A stretch of 64,000 nucleotides of DNA from the NCBI GenBank assembly GCA_012026655.1, contig JAAILG010001199.1, positions 1 to 64,000 of the forward strand. The letters run 5' to 3'. Each line of letters opens with the position of its first letter. Positions within the stretch are counted from its first letter, which is position 1. Source of the DNA: Hydrolagus affinis. Lineage: Eukaryota. Below the pieces are notes generated by a model. It was not told the origin of the DNA. It worked only from the letters and a program-made list of their open reading frames with translations, and searched no databases. Of the stretch, positions 1 through 12,600 are shown one piece after another. A program made the position numbers and the translations under genes.

Positions 1-411
1 CTCTCTCCCTGCCTGCCTGCCGCTCTTCCTCTCTCCCTGCCTGCAGGCAGGCAGCAGGCTCAGCACTGAAGTCCGCTGCTGCTGCCGCCGCCCGGGCGGC
101 CGAGGCCGAAGCCCCGTCACCCGCTCCTCCCAACCCCCGCCGGACACTGACCAAACCCCGGCTGACAGCGCAGGCCGCCCCTCCTGTTTACTGTATTTCT
201 GTCTCCCTCCCTGGCTGCATGGCTGCCTGCCTCCCTCTCTCCCTCCCTGCATGCCTGCCTCTCTCTCTCCCTACCTACCTGTCTCTCCTGTCTCTCCTCC
301 ATTCTGCCGGCAATATCATCGAAAATGCTTCCGTTTTTTTTCACCAAGAAAAGGTCAAAAGTGGGGGATGCGCCTTATACGCGGGTGCGCCTTATACGCG
401 GAGATATACGG
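1..411. mobile_element. Right end of a pogo/Tigger-like (Tc1-mariner superfamily) non-autonomous element
   Basis: Terminus ..TGCGCCTTATACGCGGGTGCGCCTTATACGCGGAGATATACGG followed by TA (CCGTA-type TIR with duplicated subterminal motif); the left end is outside the window. Confidence 0.7.
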
Positions 412-531
412 TATATCATAGGGCATGTTATTTCAATCACAAAGCAAATTCATTCTGTGCAATTTAGCACTGCAAGTTCCACTCAGGTTCCTCTGCATTT
501 TTAAAGCATTTCACCTTTTTTCTCTTGTTAG

Positions 532-696
532 AACTTATTCATCAGATGCCATTATTGACAGAAAGGCAGTACGTTGCTGCTATCCACTGCAGATTGCAGA
601 ACTCCCAGCCTTGGAAACTCCCAGGTCTGCAAGCTGTTGTCAGACTGGCCTGGGCCTTAGCTCTGCGAGGGATTTCACAGTTACCTGACACTGCAG
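532..696 (+). CDS. NUP205: NUP205 exon (window exon 1)
   Basis: ttag|..|gtaag; [30 protein letters not shown]. Confidence 0.95.
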
Positions 697-3600
697 GTAA
701 GATTCTTTGTTCCCCCTCACTCTGCTTACTTGCAATTCTTTTCTTTATTCTTCATGTTAAAACAAATCTCCTGCAAAAAAAAACTTATTTCAGATAATTT
801 GTGGAATGAGCTGAGATTCAAAGTTTTATCTTTTAATTCAGAGAGCTGCATGAATGTGGGATCCTGCAGCTCAGTGGTTAGAGCACTCACCTTGCAAGCG
901 AAACACCTGGGTTCGATTCCCAGCAGGGCTGATAATAATCCACATGCTTAATAATAATCCCCCCCCAAAAAAGAACAATAATAATTTGGTCGCTCAAATC
1001 GACGACTGTTTGTGGGACACTGCTGTGCACAATTGGCTGTCATGTTTCACCCACAAATATATAGTTAATTCACTTTACAGTATATTCTGTAAAACTCTTT
1101 GAGACGTCTAGAAGACGTGAAAAGCACTGTATCAAATGTAAGGATTATTATTATTATTGTTAAACCTCTGCATCAGTCATTGTGGCATTCTTTTACAGGT
1201 TGTATTCTAACCCTGACACAAGTGAAGGAAGCATTTTCATCTATGGGCTTCTCCCTCGTGTTAAGAGGATTCATACTGTTTAAAAAATTTTGTTTTATAA
1301 TTTTAAATTCTAAGGGAAAATCTTTTCAACCAAAGTGCCACTCCATGATTGTCTCTTCACATTAAATAGTGGGGTCAATATTTCTCTTGTTGGAACTCCC
1401 TCTGGTGGTATAAATTTATTGCAGCAATACAAACCTCGGGTGCTTTGAAATGTTTATCTTGGGAGTTTAAATATTTGAGCATTTGGCATAACTTGCACAT
1501 GTGTTCCCATAAAATACATTTCCTCCCAGAATTTATGTATTTGGAAGCAGTTATTACGTGTATGTTTCTTGAGTAGCAAACCTGTTATTTTTGTCTGATT
1601 TGCTTTCTCTTTCTACAAAACAAATCTAGCATTGACTGAGTTTACGGAGGCAGATGAATTGATCGCAGAGATGGCTGTAAGCCAAAATGCCTTCCTCTTC
1701 CTCAATGAAGCTGTGGTCGGAGCGGACGGTTTATACCAAGAGGAGTTCTACATCCGGAGGATCCACAATCTCATCACTGATTTTTTGGCACTTATGCCAA
1801 TGAAGGTAAATTGGAGAAGTTTCGGCAATTAAACCAATACACCATCTTAAATATGTCAGGTTGTTATGGAGTTACTCCATAATAGCTGGAGTTAACTCAG
1901 CATGACCGTGTAGATTTATTTTTCTGAGGGTATGCGTGACCTGTTTGATTCAAATGTCCGATTCTGATTCTCTCACAGATTGCCAAACTAATTTTTTGGA
2001 TGCTTCCGTTTTGAATTGAAATTATGCACCCGCTACTTCAGGATTCAAACCTGAGACTTTTCAGTTATTGCTCTAGTAACTTTAGCACTGTACTCGTGCC
2101 CTGATCTATGCTCTTAATCCAGTTTAATGACTGCAGAGCTTTAGAGAGAAGACCGACCATGCAGCTTCTCAACTGCTAGGGAAAGGCAGTCTGTACTAGT
2201 TCTGCCAACGATGATCACAATGAGATGAATTGCAAGAAAAAAGTTGATTTGTATTTTCTTGGTCGGACTTATCACTTCATAAAGTCAGAAGTAAAGAGGC
2301 TGCTGCATAGCAAATAGTTTTCATCTGTGTTACATCATTTCAAATGTATGTTATGCCCAGTTAAATTTACACAAGTTATTAATTATGAAGACATGATTGT
2401 TCATGAAAGTGTACCTGGCTCACCTGAAACATTAGATTTATTACAGAACTCTAAAACCATTAATAATTGCTCCATCGAAACAGACTTTGCAAATGCTTTG
2501 ACTGATTCAGAAGCTTGAAACAGCAGAATCCACTTTTCCCTTCATTTACTGGCCATACAGAGTTTTCTTGAGAAGTTGGTTGGCCCTTCCATTAAACTGC
2601 TGGCGTCTTTGGCTATTGTGCTTGCACGATGTTGTACAGTTCCAGAATACCCAGCCAGTTTATTTCATGAGATCTCTTTGAAATGTCTGCCGTGGCATTA
2701 TTCCTAATTTTGTATTTAATCTAGAGTTCAATCTATATGATTTTTTTTCACTGGAAGCCACAGTGCGTTTCCTCTTTTGTACATTTGACTTTGAAAATTG
2801 CAACTTCAAAACTGCCGATTAGTGAAATGTGGAAATTACTCATTAGATATGACTTTGTGTCCCATGGGAGACTGAACATTTTTGCTGTAGGATTGATTGT
2901 GCATGACTGGTTTGCAGTATATTTATGGCAAAACTACATTTATTTTGACTTGTAACTGCCAACCTCAAATAAAGCCGAAAGCAGGTCGTTTTATAGAGCT
3001 TGAATTCCCTCATTAATTCCAGGATATCTTGACATGTCATTTGATTTCTTGTGCCAACCTTGTGAATGTGACCTTTGAAGCTAAACATGTACGAAGTTTA
3101 CTGCACTTTGGAGTGCAATTAATCGTGCTTTTTAAAATGTGATTCATTACGCCCAGCAAAGCTTTCTTTTCACAAACAAGCAGTTAGCAGATATCAGGAA
3201 GCTTCATTGTTGGATGTTGCCCTATGGATGAGAAGTTCAACCAACGTGTGTGTCTTTGCCTGATCAGGTGGATGGTAAAGATTTGGCACTATTCAAAAAG
3301 AGAAGGGAGTTTCTCACTGGTGTCCTGGGCAACAATCCCCCAAATAAAATTGGTCATTCATTTCATGGTTGTTTGTGGGATGTTTTCTGTGCATTTTGCT
3401 GTAAATCCTGTGAAGCATTTAAGAACCTTTGAATGACGTGATGAAGCACAGTATCAATAGAAGGGTCTTTTGCACATTTACAATGCATCTAATTGAACAG
3501 ACAGCTAAGTACTTTAGTGTAATTAATGTAAAGCGGGGACAGGGTAGATGCAACTTAAAAAAGTATATAAGAAAATAGAGTGGTCAAGTGTGAATGGAGG

Positions 3601-6600
3601 TGTTGGCAAAGTTCATCAATAAATCATTTGCCCTTTTCTCAATTTTTGAGTAACTTTTGCAAGGCTGATGCAGGAGAGAGTTACAATGTGACTAACTGCT
3701 CTGCCTAACCGCAGTATTTGAGGCTTAGAATTTAGCTGCAATATTTGAAAAGTTGACCCTTTTTCTTTGTTCTGCAGGTGAAACAGCTGCGCAATCGGGC
3801 TGATGAGGATGCACGAATTATCCACATGAGCCTTCAGCAGGGCAATGAGCCCCCTTCCACCCTCCGCCGAGACCTGGAACATCTCATGTTACTGGTGAGG
3901 CGAGCAACTGCATGGAAGTCAGATTGTATTGTGGGTGATTAAGGGGGTTAAAATTACCATTTGATACAGTGGATCATGATCGACAACAACAAAATTACTA
4001 TTGTAGAATGCCTTTCCCGTTGGGCGGACGTCCCAAGGCACTGAACAGTTTGGGATTAGGGCCCGAGCATAGGGGAGAGCAGAGAAGTAGGAGCGTAGCT
4101 GAAGGCATGGTCTAGATAGAAGGTCTTCAATTGGGCCTTAAAGGAGGCAAGGGAGGGTGCAAGGTAAAAGGATTGTGGGATGGAGTTCTAAAGGTTGGGG
4201 GGCAGAGAGGCTGAAAGCCTGGCCGCCGATGGTAGGGTGGGTCAGGTAGGAGATGTGGAGCAGTTCGGAGCTTGCTGAACAGAGGAAGTGGACAGTTTGA
4301 TGGGGTCAGAGAGGTAGGAGAGGACAAAGCCATGGAGGACCTTGAAAGTGGGGCTGAAAAAAGGAGGGTCTTGAGACCGGTCTTGAAGGAAGCAACAGGG
4401 GAGCAAGGTGAAGGGATTGTGGGACGAAGTTCCAAAGAGTAGGGGCAAAGAGGCTGAATGATGGCCACTGATAATGGGAGACATGGAGCAGGTCGGAACC
4501 TGCTGAAAGGAGGGAGCGCACAGGTTAATGGAGTCAGCAGGTCAGAGAAGTGGGAGGGGGCAAGGCCGTGGAGGGTCTTGAAAGTGAAGACGAGGATCCT
4601 GAATTTGATCCTCTGAGGAATGGGGAGCCAGTGGAGCTGGGTGGGGGTGATGGGGTCTCGGAGCCTGGTGCGCTGTTTTTTGGAGAATTTTGGTTCAATT
4701 GGAAGAATATTTTTATTTGCTTTACTCTCAAAATGCATCGGCAGTTAACACAAAGAAAATCAGCTTGGCTCTTGATGCTGTGGAGTATGTTTTATTTTCT
4801 TACTGCAGAAAATAGGTTTTGCTGTCAAAACCATACATAAATAAGATCCTGGAGCATTAAGATGATAAATTACCTGAGTTGTGGCTTTGCAAATACGTGA
4901 AGCCATTTATGTTATCTTAAGAATGCCGATTAAAATAAAACCATATTTTGCTGTTTTGGTAGATTGGAGAGTTGTACAGGATGGATCCTTTTAACCTGGA
5001 ACTTGCCCTTGAGTACTGGTGCCCATCAGAACCCATGCAAAGCTCAACCATAATGGGCTCATTCCTTGGTGTGGCCCACCAGAGGCCACCACAACGGCAG
5101 GTAAGTCTGCAATGAGACAAGTCATTTCATGCAGCTAAGACCATGATCACATTTGTTTTGATGTAGAACCTCACAGTTCAAGAGATTGAAACTTGTAAAA
5201 TCCAGTGCATGCCACATTAAGTCTGTGAAAGTGGGGGTGGGAAGGACAGATTGTCTCCCAGAAATGGGCAAAGCTATGATTATGTTGTTTCTGTGTTGAT
5301 TCTGCCACCTCAAGCACAGCTTTTTCCATACATGAACCTGATGGTGATGAAATGGCATAAATGGCCCTCACTGAAGAACCTGCTAGTGAAACTACAGAGG
5401 TAGCTGATTCTTCTAGTATTGTTCCTGCCACTGTAGCCGCTGATGTATCTGGTTCCCAAGCTATAGATAGTTCTACCAAAGTACCCCATCCTGACTCTGG
5501 AGATCTACCTGTTTCTGTTAGTGAGTCTGGCTCTCAAGGTGTAAAATCTCCCATCAGTGAACCTGTTTCTCAGGATATAGAATCTACCAGTGAGCGTGTT
5601 TCCGAAAGTATTAGATCTCCTGCCAGTGAGTCTGTTTCCCAAGATGTAGAATCTTCTATTAGTGAGCCTATTTCCCAAGATATGATGGCTCCCATTAGTG
5701 GCCCTGATTCAGCCTCGCTGGATGAATCTTCTGTTGATGGATCTGTGCAGCCTTGAATTCCCAGCTGTAGATGCCTCTATTCTTGGCCTGGATTCCAATA
5801 TAGTGGATGAATCTCTGGTTAGAGCTCTTGCCTTGCAAGCGAGAGAAATGGGTTCGATTCCAAGCAGGGCAAAACCTTGGCCAAGTTTCCTTACTTCACA
5901 CGCCTAATAATAATCCCTCCAATAAAAACAATAATAATTTTATCACACAATCCACAACTGTTTGTGGGACACTGCGGTGCGCAATTGGCTGCATGTTTGC
6001 ACACTCATAAGGAATTTTCACACGGACAAGAAATACATATTTGGCCTACATCTGGTGTCCACCACAGTACTCAGACTGGATGATCTGAGCAGCCATTGTT
6101 GATGGATTTCCTGTGAATTCCTGCCTGTGGAAAAGATAGGTGACCATAGTTGCAGTTGAAAAAGTTGGCTTTCAGACGAGGCTTAGACACTGGAGTTAGG
6201 GACATTGGGGAGTGGAAGTAGAAAGTGAGGTAGGCAGGGGACATGCAGTAGCTTGAATTAGCCCACTGGAGGAGCTGAGCAGAGCAGTTAGGTAGAGGGA
6301 GATAGGAAGTGAAGAGATTTCCCATACCATTTTGTTGCAGGGTTGAAAATCTCATTGGTTTTAGATGATTTATCTTTCCAAGAGTATCTAGAATGACCTG
6401 GAATGTTGTAAAGCTTGTATGTCTTCCTTTTAGGTTGTTCTTTCTAAGTTTGTGAGACAGATGGGAGACATGCTACCTCCGTCCCTGTACTTACCTTATC
6501 TAAAGATGCTGCGTGGACTGGCCAATGGACCTCAGTGTGCACATTACTGCTTCAGTCTGCTCAAAGTGAATGGAAGCAGTCATGGTAAGCTTTAATCACA

Positions 6601-9600
6601 CAAATTTTAGTAGTTGGTGCTTTATCTTGATGCAGCCATCAAGCTGCTGAATGCTCCACAACCATCAATTACATGGCTCCCCTGTTTCATTCCCAAACCT
6701 ACCCGTTCACCCTGGTACAACAGTCATCTCTCACTGAAAACACAAACCCGGAAGATCGAGCACAGATGGCAGAAATCTATGGTCTGGCGATTTGCCACCA
6801 GCTGTAGCTCGAGCACATCTGCACCTACCATCTCTCCCTTTCACCGGCCAAAACTCCAAAGTGATCCTGGAGGCAAACAACTTTCCAAAGACGCTGTTTT
6901 CCATCATCTTTTGTTCACCGCCTCAAGCCCCCTCTATCCTCACATCAAACACCGTACCCATATCTCACCAGTTCTAGTCAGGCTCCACCGGCCTCTCATC
7001 ACCGAATGGATTGACTTCAAGATCGTCACACTTGTGTTCAAATCCCTTCACTCTCTGGCACCTCTCTGATTGAGTTCCTCACTCCCCAATCCACCAACCG
7101 GTGCCTCTGGTCGACTGGCACCTCTATCCTGCTTACCCCTCGTACCCTCAGCCCCACTATCGGGGGTTGTGCTTTCAGCCATTTCACCCGAAACTCGAAC
7201 TCTTCCTCGGTCCCTCTGCCTTGCCCACTCTCTCCCCTTTTTGAAGTCTTGCCTGAATATCTTCCTCTTTGATCGTGCTTACAGCCACCTCCTCTCTCTT
7301 CCCCCCCACCCACCCCCCCGGTGTTAGGCTCTGCCATTTTAGGTGCTCTGAGTCCCAAGTTATTCTATCAATGAGCGAGGCACTCATTCCATCTATTCTA
7401 TTCTATATCTATTTGTCTTGCCCCCTCTTTTCTCAGTTTCAGGTCCCAGCTGAAGACCTTTCTCTTCGACCGCGCGTTTGGTCACCTTTCTACCGCTGCC
7501 CCTGGCTCGGTCCAGGAATTCGATATTGTGAAGCGCTCTGAGATGCCGTCTGGCGTGGAGGATGCTATATAAATTAAAGTTGTTGTTATTTGCAATAGAA
7601 ACTGGAAAATGAGCAAGTGACAAATTAAAATTATTTCAGACAATTAATTTCTTGGATATGTGGAAAGAACAGGAAAATGCAGTTTGAGTTTGTAGTTTTA
7701 AAAAAATTGGATAAGCTTTGTAACAACATTTTTGTTTTGTTTTTCCTGTGCTGTTTCATTTTATAGTGGAGAACATCCAAGTGGTTGGAGGCAACCCGGT
7801 GTCCTGGGAACATTTCTTCCATTCCCTGATGTTGTACCATGAGCATTTAAGGAGAGACGTGCCCAGCACAGATTCTGTGCATTACCGACCTTTGCCTTTG
7901 CGAGGCATAACACAACGCGAGATGGATGGTCTTATCGCTTTCCTGCAGCTTTCGGGCACCATCGTCAAATGGGTAATAAGGAACACACTTGTCACTTCTG
8001 CAATCCTAAGCACAAAGTTTTAGCAAATTAAATCCCTTTTGTTTCAGTTGGTAGCATTTTGACTTTTGAGTCAAGTGAGTGTGGGTTCAAGCCCCACATC
8101 GGGGCTTTGAGATCATCCTTTATGCAACTCCATTCCAGAGTCTCTCTTCTACGCCCCCTCCCTTGCCTCTTTCAGGATCCGTCTTAAGCCCCGTTTCAAG
8201 ACTATGCCTTTGATCATTCTACTCCTACCCTCCATCCCTCCTGATCCCAATCACCAGTTCAGGTGAGGATTCCTGACTGTCCAGCACCCTGGGACATCCT
8301 CCTGACATGAAAGGTGGTATACAAATGTAATTTTTTGTTGTTGACAGAAAACAATGCTGTTCTTTTCTGTTCTCTAACCAAATTAATTTTCTTTCAGAGT
8401 GAGAATGCCCGCCTAGCTCTGTGTGAGCATCCCCAGTGGACACCTGTTGTTGTTATGTTAGGCTTAATCCAGTGCAGCATTCCTCCTACATTAAAAGCTG
8501 AGATACTGAAGACATTGGCGGCATTTGGTAAATCGCCAGAAATTGCTGCCTCCCTTTGGCAGTCCCTGGAGCACACACAGGTATCTTCTGTCATCTAATG
8601 CGCATTTATACTCCTGTCATTTCATTCATAACATGTCTTCACCTGACAGTCTAATGAAAATATCCAGTACTTATCAGGACTCAAAGGATTACAAATCAAC
8701 CGTGCTTTCAGCTTATGGACCACATTGCAAAAGACTCGAAAGGTCCCAGAATTATTACAGACACTCTAATCAGGTGGCGAGGTCAGCTGAATTGGCAGAA
8801 TTTGAAGATTGTGGGTTCAAGACTGGAACTACAATGGACTGCAGCAGTTGTGCTGCATTGCTAGAGGTTGTGTCCTTTGATTGAGACTTTAAACTGAGTT
8901 CCCATCTGTCCATTCAGGTGGATGTAAAAGTGATGGGAGTTCTTTCTGGCTTCTTGCCCAACAAAACCCAGATAAAATTGGTCATCATGTTTTTTTGTGG
9001 GACATTGCTGTGAGCAAATTGGCTGTGGTGATTGTCTACAAAATATACAATCAATGTACTTAACAGAAACTGGTGAAAAATTGCAGAGCATTCTTGTGCT
9101 GAACGCAGCAAAAAATTCCCTGTGCTTTGACACTTGAGTGCTGGTACTGATGGTACATCATTTGCTATCTGTTTCTCTCTTCATCATCAAAACAGGATGC
9201 CTTATCGGTGTTTTGTCTTCATCTTTCAGATTTTGCAGACAGTCAGAGTTCCAGGCCAGAGACAAGATACTGGGATTGAGGTATGCACACTTAGTAACCT
9301 GACCTGCTGAATGAAAGTTAGATTACACTGCTTGTGCTGAAACTTAATAGGTTGAGGGTTCAATGACATGAGTTGTCTTGTCTATTTAATCACATTAAAA
9401 GGTAATCTGTATTGTACTAATTACTGTAACATTGGTGACCGAAGATGTACATAAAATAAATTGATATGTGACAGTTGGTGTCCATTGGGGTTGTGCTCAC
9501 TTAACAAAAGGAGAGCATCTTAGATTTCAGTACTTTATCTCCAGGGTTATGTAGAGAATGCCCGAGACTGACAAAACTGGTTCTGGGAAAGATTTTGGAA

Positions 9601-12600
9601 AACCTAGTTACTGATCAGCTTCTACCTTACAAGAATTGTGACCTGTCTTTTAATTTGAATTCACTTAGCGGAGAGCATTAGCATCCACAATGATACAGAT
9701 GAAATAATAAATGATTGAGGTTGCTTTTTCGTTCGCGTTAGTGAATCAAACTTTTATGCAACTGTTTTATATTGGTCACTCACTGCACGACTGTTTATTG
9801 GATATTGATGTACGCAAATTGACTGCCGCGTCCACTCTCAAAAGACGCATAGTTGTACCACTTTACAGCCTGTGATGGTGCTTTGAGGTCTCAATCACGT
9901 GACGAGGTGCTGTACCAAATTTGCAAGAATAGATATTGCTTAACAAATCCAGTTTTAGGAAGTTGTTCAACAGTGCTATAGCACTGAAGTGCATTAATGG
10001 AGCATTTTGAAAACTAACTTCTATTCCCCCATTTCTCCCTTCAGGCATCTGCAGCTTTTTAAAACTTAAGCTTGATGGCCCTAAAGTTAACTATTTTACT
10101 AAATTGATTACAATAATATAACCCACAACCTTCTGACTCAGGCAAACCACTGGGCCAGCCTGACAGGCAATGTCTCTTCTCTTGGTTTCTGACTTGCATC
10201 TTGTCCAATTGCATGCAATTTTCATTACACTTTCCCCAGTTATTATTCCCAAATGCCTTTCTTGCCCTGCGAAGAAAACTTTGGGTTGTCTTTATGTCAT
10301 TTCTTTGTTCTGTATGATTGGTATACTATTTTTGTGTTTCATATTTTATACTGCATGTAATTATTCTGCTATAGGGACGTAGGAAAGAATAGGGGAAACA
10401 AGCCATTATGGATTTTGAGGGAACGAGGTATAGCAGATTCCCTTTCGTTACTTGTTGCTAGTGATGTAAATAGCACTTTTTCTGCGATACATTTTTATAT
10501 AAATCTTCTTTTTGCTTTGCTAAAGGTGGAGTTGAATGAAATTGAATCCCGGAGTGAGGAGTACGTTCTCACAAGGGCATTTTGCCACCTGTTGAGTACA
10601 CTGGTGGAGAGCTCTTTCCCCACCAACCTTGGAGCAGGGCTCCGTCCACCAGGATTTGATCCGTACCTGAACTTTCTGAGAGATTCTGTCTTTCTACGCT
10701 TCCCTACCAGAGCATATAGAAGAGCTGCAGAGAAGGTGACAGCCTGTCGTTGCTATATTATGTCGTCCTACAATTTCATTCCACCTCCCAGCGTTTTGGG
10801 CATTACCCATGCACTCCTCACCGATTTCCCCAGCTCCACTATTCAGAAAATCCAGCTCATTTAGAACTCTGCTGCTCGCATACTTACCCAGACCAAACTT
10901 CGTACCCACATCTCACCAGATCCGGCCAGGCTCCATTGGCTCCCCATCACTGAACGGATCAATGTCAAGTTCCTCTCACACATGTTCAAATCCATTCACT
11001 TCCTGGCACCTCCTTACCTCTCCGACCTCCTTAAACCCCAATCCACCACCCGGCACCTCCGCTCAATCGGCATCGGCCTCTTGCTAGTCCCTTGCACCTT
11101 CCGCTTCACCGTTGGAGGTAGCGGTTTCAGTCACTACGCCCCAAAACTGTGAAACACTCTCCCTCAATTTCTCCACCTTGCCCCCTCTCCCCTTTTTCAA
11201 GTCTTGCCTGAAAATCCTCCGTTTCAACTTTGTTTACGGTCACTTAGCACTCTGAGACACTACACTGTGGGTCCTACCTAAGGGCAAGTTGTTGTGGTTG
11301 TCCTTCCAAGGTGAAAGGCGCTTTACAAATATTGTTGTTCTGCACTGTGGCTGTGTTTAGCAGATCTGATTTTGAATGTGAGTCCTCTTGTTGCAGTGGG
11401 AGGTAGCTGAAGTTGTGCTTGAGGTTTTCCACAAACTCCTGCGAGATTATGAACCACAGCCTGATGATTTCACAGACCACATGGTGGAATTGCAAGGTAA
11501 ATGATTGATGCCAGACATTTCGGCGGTTTAGCTGATTTATAAACCAGAATTCATTCCTCTTTTCGTCTGTCATTTGTACACATGAACATTCTAGCGAGTG
11601 TCTGCACGAGCACAATAATTGTTTATCCAACAATTGGAGAGTCTGTGTTGTCCCATTTAATGACTTCCACCAGAACACAAAGGAATTCAAAATTCTCATC
11701 CTTAATTTCAAATTCCTACTGCGGCCCTACTTACTCGGCCAATCCCTCTGCTGAGCAAACACTGACCCGTCCTCCCTTTGGTGGATGAGCTTTCAGCTAT
11801 TTGGTCTCTGATCTCTGGAAGATCATCTTGAAATCCCTCCTTTTATTTCCCTCCCATTACACCAAAATAATTTGCTTAAGCCCTATCTTTTCAACCATGT
11901 TTCACTGACATGAAAGGTGCTTTATTAATGCAAATTGTTTTTGCTGCTTCTAGAGTTTGTTGTGTGGCATTTAAAGTGTTGCTAATGGAAAATATTCAGT
12001 TATTGCCGTGATGTACAAGTATGAACGGGAGTATTTGATAGTCACTTAAAATAAGAGCATTTTAGATGGTCAGGAACCTGACAATGTGTGTGTCACTTAA
12101 CTGTGGAAGTTATTCCTATGGAGCAATAAGAATCATACCGATTTGAAAGTTTTCACTTTGTTCAGACAAACATTTAAAACAAGTGACTAATTAAGATCAT
12201 TGTTAAGATTTGAAATCATCTCCATTCCTTCAAATTTGCGACCTAGGAGAGCTCATTGGTGCCTACAAGTCTCCTGGCTATAACCTGATGTTTCACTTGC
12301 TGAATGATTCCCCCATGCTGTGTCTTTGTCTGAGCCTCCTGGAAGAGGGTGTCAAATTGCTGGATACCTATGCACCATTCCCAGGTACGTACCTAGAACA
12401 GAATCCACACGCATAGTAGCTGGGTAGGACATGGTTTGGATGTGGTGGCACAACTCTGTTGTAGCTGCTTGCTGTTTATTGGTTCCTCTTGGGTTGCGAA
12501 TGCAGGTAAGTGAGCGAACTACTAAATACAAACATGTCTCATGATCATAAATCAGTAAGCAGTGGAACTGTGATCATTTCACTCATTAAAATATACAGTC

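Noticed and set aside
856-930. tRNA-Ala(TGC)-like genes (also at 5816, 25487, 33240)
   Set aside because: They are SINE heads with degenerate acceptor stems, continuous with the SINE body and tail
8581-9229. Second possible U12 intron (donor GTATCTTC, GCCTTATC upstream of the acceptor)
   Set aside because: Both motifs deviate from the U12 consensus and a normal pyrimidine tract is present; probably U2-type, though matrix scoring would settle it
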